This document shows positions 18,358 to 27,049 of a DNA stretch of 64,000 bases, piece after piece (the stretch's first letter is position 1; each line of letters begins with the position of its first letter). The notes beneath the pieces were generated by a model. It was not told the DNA's origin, did no database searches, and saw only the letters and a list, made by a program, of their open reading frames with translations. Where the stretch lies: NCBI GenBank assembly GCA_965199495.1, contig CBDASK010000003.1, forward strand, positions 928,001-992,000, in the 5' to 3' direction. Position numbers and translations under genes: made by a program. Source of the stretch: Abditibacterium sp. GTDB lineage: Bacteria > Armatimonadota > Abditibacteriia > Abditibacteriales > Abditibacteriaceae.

Positions 18358-18981
18358 TTAGCTCGCGTGAACCAAGGGTTCGGGCGCCAGATGCGTGGCG
18401 ATAAACCAGACTTGCAATTCGTTGGTTCGCAGAACTTGCGAGACCAATAAATCGTTGGTGCCGTCGTCGCCCGCGTCGTCGGCTTTGCCCGCGTAGTCGC
18501 GGGTTTCTTTGTTGATGAGTTCGTGCGCTTCGAGCAAACGCGAGATTTGCACCGGCACTTCCTCGACGCCATCGGGCGGATTTTCAACTTTCGACAGTTT
18601 GGCGACGGCGGCGGGCATGCCGGTGGCGACTCCGCCCAACAGTTGGATGCGCTCGGCGATGGAATCAACGAGGGCGCTCTGTTCTTCGTAATGTTTATCG
18701 AAGAGCAAATGAAGTTGATAAAAAGTGTGACCACTGACCTGCCAGTGATGCTTTTTATACATGTGCGCTAACGTGATGGTATCAGCTAAAACCTGATTGA
18801 GGTTTTCGCACATTTGTCGGCGCACATCGGAATCGAGGCCTTGCGGCAGATTGCGCACGGTGCCGTAATCCTGAATTATTGGGCCGCGCTGGTTGAGAAT
18901 CGGCTGGTATTCTTTCACTTGGCCGTTGGAGTGGCCGTTGGTTTCGGCCTTAACAGGGGAATTTTTAACTTTGGTTGCCAT
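18358..18981 (-). CDS. dps: DNA protection during starvation protein Dps
   Basis: KKHHWQVSG..FYQLHLLFD, D.IAERI..LGG, D.GTNDLL. Confidence 0.95.
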   Translation of the reverse strand: MATKVKNSPVKAETNGHSNGQVKEYQPILNQRGPIIQDYGTVRNLPQGLDSDVRRQMCENLNQVLADTITLAHMYKKHHWQVSGHTFYQLHLLFDKHYEEQSALVDSIAERIQLLGGVATGMPAAVAKLSKVENPPDGVEEVPVQISRLLEAHELINKETRDYAGKADDAGDDGTNDLLVSQVLRTNELQVWFIATHLAPEPLVHAS

Positions 18982-19058
18982 GATTTTACGTCCTTTGAAG
19001 GATGAGAAAACAAGACGCAACTTCAATGCCGAAAACTTTTCTCCACTTGAGAAATCGC

Positions 19059-19778
19059 TCAGAGATTTTCTTCGTCTTCGTCTTCAATGCGCGCCAACGC
19101 GGTTTTGACGGTGCCATAACCAAAGCCACGGCGCGCCATCATTTCGATGGCTTTTTGCGTGCGCTCGCGGCCTTGCTCCCACTTTTCCAATTTGCGCTCA
19201 ATTTTCCGCAACGCCGCCATCGCGTTTTCGATTTCCTCGTCGGCGTCGGGCAACGCGGCTTCGATTTCTTCTTTATCAACGCCTTTGAACCGCAATTCTT
19301 GTTTGAGCAGACGCGCGCCGCGCGGTTTGGAGCGGCTGCGACTTTCGACCCAATCGCTCGCGAACTGGGCATCATCCAACATTTTGTTGTCGCGCAATTT
19401 ACGGATAACTGCCGCGATGACCGTTTCGCTCCATTCGTCGCGTTGCAGGCGCTGGCGGATTTCTGCTTCGGCGCGCGGGCGATAACCGATGAAATTGAGC
19501 GCCGTCGTCAACGCTTTGGTCTCGCCGTCTTCGCGCAACAGTTGCTCTAAAAACTCGGCGTCAATTATCAGTTTCGGGCGCAATCCGTGTTTAAACGCCA
19601 AATCGGCGCTCAGGGCGAAAGAGAATTTTTCTTCGATGAAAACGTTGACGCGCGCGCCCAAGTGCGCGCGCTTGCGTTGCTGCGCGACGACCGACGAAAT
19701 CGCGCCGGGAAACGGCTCGACTTTCGGCTTGAACCCTTCGGATTTTTCCGAATCTGGTTTGCGCTGTTGAAAGCTCAT
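19059..19778 (-). CDS. recX: Regulatory protein RecX
   Basis: ALNFIGYRPR.E.EIRQRL, LDDAQFA..WV, RG...LKQELRFKGVD, RRGF.Y. Confidence 0.9.
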   Translation of the reverse strand: MSFQQRKPDSEKSEGFKPKVEPFPGAISSVVAQQRKRAHLGARVNVFIEEKFSFALSADLAFKHGLRPKLIIDAEFLEQLLREDGETKALTTALNFIGYRPRAEAEIRQRLQRDEWSETVIAAVIRKLRDNKMLDDAQFASDWVESRSRSKPRGARLLKQELRFKGVDKEEIEAALPDADEEIENAMAALRKIERKLEKWEQGRERTQKAIEMMARRGFGYGTVKTALARIEDEDEENL

Positions 19779-19878
19779 GCGCCGTGGCTCCCATTTCCGG
19801 TGCGTTGCGGGCGCGAACAATTATAGCTCGATTCGATGCGTTGCATGAGAAAATTTACGGGGCAAAAATCGCGCGCGT

Positions 19879-20652
19879 TTAACCGCAAACGCAAGTGCTA
19901 ACCGATTTCGTCCAATCGCCTTTGTAAGCCTCGACCGTCACCGGACGAAACTCGATCTCGCCAACGGTTTGCCACGGCATCTCATCGCGCTTGACAATTT
20001 TGACATCGCTAAATCCGGCGTTTTCAAACGCCCGCACAAACGCGTTTTCTTGGTAAGCGCCCGAAATGCAGCCCGACCACAAATCGGCATCGTCGCGCAT
20101 CTCTTGGGGCACCTCGCGGTCGCTGACGATATCGGAAATCGCGACACGCCCGCCGTCTTTGACGACGCGAAACATCTCGTTGAACAACTGCGCTTTTTGC
20201 GCGGTTTCGACCAAATTCAACACGCAATTGGATAGCACGACATCAATCGAATCGCTTTCGATAATCGCGCTCAAATCCTGAATCTGACCGCGCCGAAATT
20301 CGACGTTATGAAAACCCAATTCATCGCCGATTTGCGCTTTGTATTTTTCGGCCAGCGCCAACATTTCGGCGTTGATGTCAACGCCGATAACGCGTCCGCT
20401 CGCGCCGACGATTTGTGCGGCGATATAGCAAATTTTTCCGCCGCCGCTGCCCAAATCCAACACGGTTTCGCCCCGACGCACGAAAGCGGCGGGATTGCCG
20501 CAACCGTAATCGCGCTCGACAATTTCGGCGGGCATGACTTTGAGATATTGCGCGTCGTAATTCACGGCGCAACAGAGCGCCGGTTCGACTTGCCGGGCGG
20601 CGTGGCTGTAGCGCGCGCCAACGGCGGCTTCGACATCGAGAGTTTGGGACAT
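19879..20652 (-). CDS. SAM-dependent methyltransferase, arsenite methyltransferase (ArsM)-like
   Basis: LCC, YGCGNP, VLDLGSGGG, SNCVLNL, WSGCISGA. Confidence 0.8.
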   Translation of the reverse strand: MSQTLDVEAAVGARYSHAARQVEPALCCAVNYDAQYLKVMPAEIVERDYGCGNPAAFVRRGETVLDLGSGGGKICYIAAQIVGASGRVIGVDINAEMLALAEKYKAQIGDELGFHNVEFRRGQIQDLSAIIESDSIDVVLSNCVLNLVETAQKAQLFNEMFRVVKDGGRVAISDIVSDREVPQEMRDDADLWSGCISGAYQENAFVRAFENAGFSDVKIVKRDEMPWQTVGEIEFRPVTVEAYKGDWTKSVSTCVCG

Positions 20653-20704
20653 AGAAAAGCAAAAGAACCGTCGTGACCCGCGCAGTTCCGCGATAAAACC
20701 AACT

Positions 20705-20998
20705 TTATGGCATTCCATTGATAAGTAACGCCCAAAAGAGCGCCGAGAGACAGCCGACGAACAGCCACGTCGCGCCAATCTTTGTGGCGCGCGAATCTTT
20801 GAAGCGTGCGCCGACAACGAGCGAGATGAGTATTAGCGCCATCAACGTCATCAAAACGTAGGCGAAACTCAAAGAACGCAGCAAGAAAAACCAGACGAAG
20901 AAAATCGCCAGTGGCAGCAGAAAACCTATCGCGGCAAACATAAATTGGCGCGCGTTGCTATCGGACGAAGATTTGATGTCGTTGGAATTATCGGGCAC
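20705..20998 (-). CDS. Small hypothetical membrane protein (3 TM)
   Basis: 97-aa ORF with three hydrophobic segments, co-oriented with the neighbour. Confidence 0.6.
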   Translation of the reverse strand: MPDNSNDIKSSSDSNARQFMFAAIGFLLPLAIFFVWFFLLRSLSFAYVLMTLMALILISLVVGARFKDSRATKIGATWLFVGCLSALFWALLINGMP

Positions 20999-21189
20999 AA
21001 ATAAAAAAAACGGGAATTTTAAGTATCCGAGATTCTCGCGACAATTCCAACGCCGCCAGAATTTGGCGGCGTTGCATGAAAGTGAAATTCGGTAGATAAA
21101 GCCGACCTATAACGCGAAATAGCTGCAATGACAACAGCCAATACTCGCGTTAGACCAAAGCGCTTGCGGTTTATACTTGAACCTTGCTT

Positions 21190-22254
21190 ATGCCCCAAAC
21201 CATGTCCGCCGCCGTGTTGCACGGCGTTAAAGATTTGCGCGTTGATTCCGTGCCCGTGCCCGCCGCGCCCGCGCCGGGCGAAGTTCAAGTTCGCATCGGC
21301 AAAGTCGGCATTTGCGGCTCCGATGTCCACTATTGGGAACACGGTCGCATCGGCGATTTCATTGTCAAAGAGCCGATGATTTTAGGCCACGAATGTGCGG
21401 GCACGGTCGTATCTGTCGGCGAAGGCGTGGGCAATTTGCGCGTGGGCGACCGCGTGGCTATCGAGCCGGGCGTGCCGCGTTTGTCCAATGCGGCCTCGCA
21501 TTTTTACATGAAGCGCGGGCAATATAACCTGTGTCCCGATATTTTCTTCTTCGCAACGCCGCCCGATCACGGTTCATTTTGCAACCTTGTCAATCACAAA
21601 GCCGATTATTGTTTCGCGTTGCCCGACCACGTTTCGCTCGAAGAGGGCGCGATGATCGAGCCGCTTTCGACGGGCATTTTCGCCGCGCGCGTGGCGCCGA
21701 TTCGCATGGGTGATACGGTCGTCATTACCGGCGCCGGGCCGATTGGTTTGATGAACCTTTTGGCCGCGCGCGCGGCGGGTGCCGCGAGGGTGATAATTTC
21801 GGATTTCGTGGGTTCGCGTTTGGATGTCGCGCTGCAAATTGGCGCCACGCAGGTCGTCCAAGGCGACGCCGCCGAACTCAAAGAGGCCGCGCACGCGATG
21901 ACCAATGGTCTGGGCGCCGACGTTTGCATCGAATGCGCGGGCCATCCGGCGGCGCTGGCGGCGGCGATTGGTGCCGCGCGCGCGGGCGCTTCGGTCGTGT
22001 TAGTCGGTATGCCAGCGAGCGACACAGTGCCGGTGAATATCAACGATCTAATTGTGCGCGAAATCACGCTCAAGCCGATTTTTCGCTATAATAACACGTT
22101 CCCAACCGGCGTTGATTTATTAGCGAGCGGCAAAGTGGACGTGAAGCCGCTCATTTCCAAAAGGTTTGAATTGAACGAAGTGCCGCAAGCGTTTGAATAC
22201 GTCATCGCCAATCGCGATACGTGTGTAAAAGCGATTGTCAATATCGGCGAGTAA
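21190..22254 (+). CDS. Zn-dependent polyol (sorbitol/xylitol/L-iditol) dehydrogenase
   Basis: GICGSDVH, LGHE, GDRVAIEPG, GAGPIGL, FRY.NT. Confidence 0.9.
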   Translation: MPQTMSAAVLHGVKDLRVDSVPVPAAPAPGEVQVRIGKVGICGSDVHYWEHGRIGDFIVKEPMILGHECAGTVVSVGEGVGNLRVGDRVAIEPGVPRLSNAASHFYMKRGQYNLCPDIFFFATPPDHGSFCNLVNHKADYCFALPDHVSLEEGAMIEPLSTGIFAARVAPIRMGDTVVITGAGPIGLMNLLAARAAGAARVIISDFVGSRLDVALQIGATQVVQGDAAELKEAAHAMTNGLGADVCIECAGHPAALAAAIGAARAGASVVLVGMPASDTVPVNINDLIVREITLKPIFRYNNTFPTGVDLLASGKVDVKPLISKRFELNEVPQAFEYVIANRDTCVKAIVNIGE

Positions 22255-22269
22255 ACAGCAGCCACGCCC

Positions 22270-22309
22270 AAAAAAGCCGCGATAGAAATGAATCTATCGC
22301 GGCTTTTTT
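22270..22309. terminator. Bidirectional intrinsic terminator
   Basis: aaaaaagccgcgataga-aatgaa-tctatcgcggctttttt between convergent genes. Confidence 0.85.
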
Positions 22310-22320
22310 AGCGGTTCAAA

Positions 22321-22731
22321 CTATTGCAAACCGGGATCGCCATACGGGTCTTCATCCGAAGATTTGACGTTGCCGTAACTGGCATTCTGACCGCCGCCCT
22401 GCAAACCTGGGTCGCCGTAAGGGTCTTGGTCGGAAGAGCGAGCGTTGCCGTAGCTGACGTTTTGACCGCCACCCTGCAAACCCGGATCGCCGTAGGGGTC
22501 TTGGTCGGATGACATCGGGTTTTGCCGGGTGCCCTGCTGAGAGCCACCGCCGCCGCCCATCAAGCCACCAAGGGCCGATTCAATTCCGCCGCCCGCGCCA
22601 CCGCCGCCAAGGATGCCCCTGAGGGCACCGATGAGCGGGTTAGGATCGAATTCGGGGCCGGGGGTATCGGCGGAAGCGTGGCTACGCACGGCGTTTTCGA
22701 CCTGTCCAAAGATGGAATCCATTAAGCTCAT
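22321..22731 (-). CDS. Gly-rich hypothetical protein with three SSD(Q/E)DPYGDPGLQ repeats
   Basis: SD AGGAG upstream; 25-aa periodic repeats with synonymous divergence. Confidence 0.8.
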   Translation of the reverse strand: MSLMDSIFGQVENAVRSHASADTPGPEFDPNPLIGALRGILGGGGAGGGIESALGGLMGGGGGSQQGTRQNPMSSDQDPYGDPGLQGGGQNVSYGNARSSDQDPYGDPGLQGGGQNASYGNVKSSDEDPYGDPGLQ

Positions 22732-22772
22732 GTTGTTACTCCTGTTGTGTCTGTCGTCTCACATTTGTCGTC

Positions 22773-23273
22773 TTACTGAACGCTGAAAACGCTGTCCAAA
22801 CCTTTGCCGGTTGTCGCGCCATCATAACCCTGCCAGCCCTGATAAGTGCTCGCCTGATCGGCGGGAACTTGCACCTGCTGAATCTGGTCTCTTGGCGGCG
22901 TCACGAAGTGCGCCTGATGCGTTTTTGGATCGCGGTAGTAAACCCGGCCTGTTGACTTGGAAACGTAATACTGCACGTTTTGCGCGGCATTGGCTTGTCC
23001 CTCTTTGCTCTTCTCGTATTTCTTATAAAGATAATACGCGGCGGCGGCTCCAGCCAAGATTTTGAGTTTGGTGCCAGTACTCATGCCCTGCTTGGCGGCG
23101 GGTGCCGACTGGGGTGCCATCTGGCCGGGCCCATCCGTGACGGGCGGCGGCGGAGCCGATGCTTTGGAACCGCAACCGACCAAAGGAACAGTCATGGAAG
23201 CGATAACTGCGACCCCGCCAAAGCGCCACAGCAAAGTCGGCGCGGAAAAGGTTCGTAGGGAAGGTGATTTCAT
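22773..23273 (-). CDS. Hypothetical lipoprotein
   Basis: Lipobox-like LVGC after hydrophobic signal; SD GGAG; co-oriented with 22321-22731. Confidence 0.75.
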   Translation of the reverse strand: MKSPSLRTFSAPTLLWRFGGVAVIASMTVPLVGCGSKASAPPPPVTDGPGQMAPQSAPAAKQGMSTGTKLKILAGAAAAYYLYKKYEKSKEGQANAAQNVQYYVSKSTGRVYYRDPKTHQAHFVTPPRDQIQQVQVPADQASTYQGWQGYDGATTGKGLDSVFSVQ

Positions 23274-23463
23274 TTAGTTTTCTCCGTTGAAGTTAAATTG
23301 TGCAGCGCCAGCAAAAATGCAAAGCCCGTGCCCGAAAAATAACACAGTGATAAACCCGGATTAAGAAAAAACACAATTTATCTCGACAGATATTGAGTTC
23401 GGGCGCGATAAATCGGCCCGGAGCGCCGACAAATGATAAATTAGGAACGTCCCTTTTTCGATC

Positions 23464-24483
23464 ATGCGTTCTCTCAACTCTTCCCCTCAGCCCGAATTAT
23501 CGTCTTCATCGCCTACCGCTCGCGTCTCCGGTCTGCGCGTGGCTCTTGCTGTCGTCGGCGTTGGAGTGGGCGCGTTGGCCGCGCTGAACGCCATTATCGC
23601 GGCGCGCGTTCCGCAACAGGGGCCGCGTCTGGGCGGACAATTCGACCGCTATCCCGCGCGCTATGCCGATTTAGCCTATGTCGTCGGCGGTAGCGGTTCG
23701 CCGTTACTATTGCTTCATGGTTTGGAGCCGGGCCGCTCGATGGCCGAATGGCGCGCGGTCTTCGAGCCTTTGTGCGCACATCACACGGTTTACGCGTTCG
23801 ATTTTCAGGGTTGCGGCCTGTCCGACACCACGCCCGAAGGTTATAACGTGGAAGACTTCGCCGAACAAATCGTCCATTTTATCCATGATGTCATCGGCAA
23901 ACCAACCGTGGTTTTGAGTGCGGGCCAGAGCGCCGCTTCAGCAATTTTGTCGGCGAGTCGCTCCGACTTGATCCCAAAAATCGCGCTGATTTGTCCCAAC
24001 GCGCCGGACGCGCCCGCGCCCGAATCGCGCGCCGAAGCCCTCGCTCTGGATTCGATAGCCACCAGCGTTTTGAGGGCGCCCATCATCGGGACGGCGGCGT
24101 TGAATTGGTGGCGTAGCGCCGCCCAACTGCGAAAGCGCGCGCGCGAACACAGCTTCTACAATAAAGACGAGGCGGATCGCGAGGCCAAATTGTGGCACTT
24201 GACCGCGCATCAAAAGGGCGCGCAAAACATTCAAAAAGCGCTTTTGCAAGACGCCTTTGCCTTCGATTGGCGCGCTATATGGGAGCAGACAAACGCGCCC
24301 GCGTTGCTGATATGGGGACGCAACGCCATGAGTCAGGGCTTCGATTCCTCGCCCGAATGGCTGGCCCTGCGCCCCGATGTTCAACTCGCCGTTGTGGAAG
24401 AAGCCATGCTGTTTCCCCATCTCGAACAGCCGGAGCGCTTCTGCGAAATCGTCGAAAACTGGATCGGCAAGTCGAGCGATTAG
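23464..24483 (+). CDS. Alpha/beta hydrolase fold protein with N-terminal TM
   Basis: G.G.PLLLLHG, VYAFD..G.G.S, P.LLIWG, PHLEQPERF. Confidence 0.85.
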   Translation: MRSLNSSPQPELSSSSPTARVSGLRVALAVVGVGVGALAALNAIIAARVPQQGPRLGGQFDRYPARYADLAYVVGGSGSPLLLLHGLEPGRSMAEWRAVFEPLCAHHTVYAFDFQGCGLSDTTPEGYNVEDFAEQIVHFIHDVIGKPTVVLSAGQSAASAILSASRSDLIPKIALICPNAPDAPAPESRAEALALDSIATSVLRAPIIGTAALNWWRSAAQLRKRAREHSFYNKDEADREAKLWHLTAHQKGAQNIQKALLQDAFAFDWRAIWEQTNAPALLIWGRNAMSQGFDSSPEWLALRPDVQLAVVEEAMLFPHLEQPERFCEIVENWIGKSSD

Positions 24484-24521
24484 TTCATCTTACACCGTTG
24501 CTTTATCATAGAATTTCCTCC

Positions 24522-24682
24522 CCATTTTGTCATTTTGAGCGGCGTGAGGCGTCGGGTGCGTAGCCGAAGGGACGAAGTCGAAGAATTCATCCCTTGGAAT
24601 CGAGGCAAAAGCGAAACCAACGGGCCACCGGTGGATTCTTCGACTTCATTCATACCTCACGCCGCTCAAAATGACAAAATGG
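24522..24682. repeat. Palindromic element, GTCAT...ATGAC family
   Basis: 28-bp perfect outer arms plus inner gaagtcgaagaat / attcttcgacttc. Confidence 0.9.
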
Positions 24683-24774
24683 TGGGCTAAATCACTCGGA
24701 TCAACTCAGGTTGATTAATCATGCTTTTGGCGGAGTCGATATAGCCAAATGCTTGGTAACAAACCCAACAAATA

Positions 24775-24804
24775 TTGACAATATGTGTTTTATCGCCCTA
24801 TAAA
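24775..24804 (+). promoter_or_regulatory. Sigma70-type promoter
   Basis: TTGACA-18 nt-TATAAA upstream of the kinase ATG at 24849. Confidence 0.6.
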
Positions 24805-24848
24805 AGGCGTGTTCATTGCATATAAAGAAAAATTATCTCTTGTTAGTT

Positions 24849-26867
24849 ATGAATAATTTTTCGTCCTCGCCACACTCTATCCCTCAGTCATTCGAGCCGC
24901 AAAATTTGAGTCCTATTACGCTCGACATCGTGGCCGCGCCGACACTGGCGCGCTTGCAGGATGTCGCGCTACGCGGCGCGCTTGCTCTGAGCGAGGCGCG
25001 CGAAGGCGTTTTGACGTTGCGCGGCGATAGTTTCGAGGCGCCGGGTGCAGCCACGTCGCGCGAATCGCAGACTTTGCATATCGGTGAAGACGGTCGCGCG
25101 CGCGCGGGTAGCGAAAAAGCGCTGTCGGTGAGCGGGCGCGGCTGGAAAAAATGGCCGCTCGTCTGGGATGGCAGCGATTTGGGGCAACTTTCGCTACGCT
25201 GGGAAAACGACGATTGCGAGGCGCCCAAATCGCTCGAAATGTTGTGCGCTCACGTTGCAGCCACCGCCGCAAAAACACGCTTATTCGAGCAGTTGCAAAA
25301 CATCAAATACGAATGGCAGGCGATGCTCGACGGCATGATTGACGGCGTTTATGTTTGCGATCAGAACGGCAAAATTTTGCGCGCTAACCGCGCGTTGGCG
25401 GCGATTTTAGGCGTTTCGATTCCCGATGTTCTGGGCGGCACGCGCGACGAATTGTGGGCGCGGCTACCCGACTATTCCGTGACGCATCCGTGGCAAGAAT
25501 TGGAAGTGGGGCCGACGCATTTGTCGCCGCAAATGACCGAGTTTCGTTGCGGTCAGCCCGACCGCGTTTACGTCGAAATGGCGTTCGAGCTGAAAGCGCG
25601 CGACGACGCGTTCGATAATTCTCACACCAACGGCGAAACAGTGGGCGAAACGTCCAACAAGAATCCACAGCGCGAAGAACGCCGTTTGTGCGTGTTGCAT
25701 GACGTCACCGAAAGTCGGCGCTTGCAAGAACAGTTGCTGCAATCGGAAAAATTGGCCGCGCTGGGCGAACTCACTTCGGGCGTGGCTCATGAACTCAATA
25801 ACCCGCTCGCCACCGTCGTCGGTTACGCCGAATTACTGGCGCTCGACACGCAGTTGCCCGAAGGCGTCAAGCGCAAACTCGCCACGATTCATCAAGAAGC
25901 CACGCGCGCTTCGCATATCGTTTCCAATTTATTATCATATGCGCGCCGCTCGTCGCCGGAAAAATCGTTCGTCAATCTCAATGATGTCATTCAGGCGGCG
26001 CTCGAAATGCGACGTTATCAACTGCAAACCGACAACGTGCGCATCACGACCGATTTATCGGACAAAGCGCCCGCCGTGTGGGGCGACGAGTTGCAGTTGC
26101 AACAGGTTTTGCTCAACATCGTCAACAACGCGGCGCAGGCGATTACCAACTGGCGCGGGTCGGGCGAAATCCGCATTTGGACGCGTTCGGCTACCATGAG
26201 CGGGCGAGCAGCCACGCGCATCATCATCGAAGACAACGGGCCGGGCATCGCGCCCGAACATCTGCGCCGCGTCTTCGATCCGTTTTTTACCACCAAACCG
26301 ACCGGCGAAGGCACCGGATTGGGCATGAGCATCGCGCTGCGGATCATCTCGAATCACGAAGGTTTAATCTGGGCCGAAAGCCGATTGGGGCACGGCGCGC
26401 GTTTTATTATCGAATTGCCGGGCGCGGCGGGCAGCGAAGTCGTTGAAGATTTCGACGACGCGCCCGTGCCGAGCGAAAATCGCGACGAAAACGCTCATAT
26501 CTTGGTGGTGGACGACGAGGAACCGGTCGTCACGCTGATGACCGAGATTTTGCAAATGGACGGTCATCGCGTCACGCCCGCTTTTAATGGCGCCGAAGCT
26601 ATCGCGCTTTTGAACGTGGACGATTACGATTTGATTTTGTCGGATGTGCGCATGCCCGCCGTCGGCGGGCCGACGTTCTTCGAGATTTTGCAGACGACGC
26701 GCCCCGACTTGTTGCCCAAAGTCATCTTCGTCACCGGCGACACGATGAGCGCCTCGACGCAGAATTTTCTGCAACGCGCCGCGCGCCCGGTGCTTTCCAA
26801 GCCCTTCGATCCCGAACGGTTGCAAACAATGGTCGCGGATAATTTACGCCAAACGCGCGATGATTAG
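24849..26867 (+). CDS. Hybrid sensor histidine kinase (PAS-HisKA-HATPase-REC)
   Basis: AHELNNPL H-box, NIVNNA, DNGPGI, FDPFFTTK, GTGLG; receiver VDDE, DVRMP, KPF. Confidence 0.95.
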   Translation: MNNFSSSPHSIPQSFEPQNLSPITLDIVAAPTLARLQDVALRGALALSEAREGVLTLRGDSFEAPGAATSRESQTLHIGEDGRARAGSEKALSVSGRGWKKWPLVWDGSDLGQLSLRWENDDCEAPKSLEMLCAHVAATAAKTRLFEQLQNIKYEWQAMLDGMIDGVYVCDQNGKILRANRALAAILGVSIPDVLGGTRDELWARLPDYSVTHPWQELEVGPTHLSPQMTEFRCGQPDRVYVEMAFELKARDDAFDNSHTNGETVGETSNKNPQREERRLCVLHDVTESRRLQEQLLQSEKLAALGELTSGVAHELNNPLATVVGYAELLALDTQLPEGVKRKLATIHQEATRASHIVSNLLSYARRSSPEKSFVNLNDVIQAALEMRRYQLQTDNVRITTDLSDKAPAVWGDELQLQQVLLNIVNNAAQAITNWRGSGEIRIWTRSATMSGRAATRIIIEDNGPGIAPEHLRRVFDPFFTTKPTGEGTGLGMSIALRIISNHEGLIWAESRLGHGARFIIELPGAAGSEVVEDFDDAPVPSENRDENAHILVVDDEEPVVTLMTEILQMDGHRVTPAFNGAEAIALLNVDDYDLILSDVRMPAVGGPTFFEILQTTRPDLLPKVIFVTGDTMSASTQNFLQRAARPVLSKPFDPERLQTMVADNLRQTRDD

Positions 26868-26880
26868 GTTTGTAATGCAG

Positions 26881-26979
26881 CCGTAGAAACACCGATTTAT
26901 CGCGTCTAAAACGTGGATGAATCCGCGAACTCTGTGGGAGCCTCAACGTTTTAGACGCGATAAATCGGCGTCTCTACGG
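26881..26979. repeat. GTAG-type REP doublet (REPIN-like)
   Basis: ccgtag...gtctaaaacgt arms of 34 bp with 2 mismatches. Confidence 0.88.
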
Positions 26980-27049
26980 AGCGAATGCGAATTTGCAGCA
27001 CGAGATTAATGGACTCGCACGTCACGTTAAATGCTTGCGAACCTACAAT

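Noticed and set aside
22324..22512. CRISPR array
   Set aside because: The 75-bp periodicity is a coding repeat with third-position variation; no unique spacers or cas genes.
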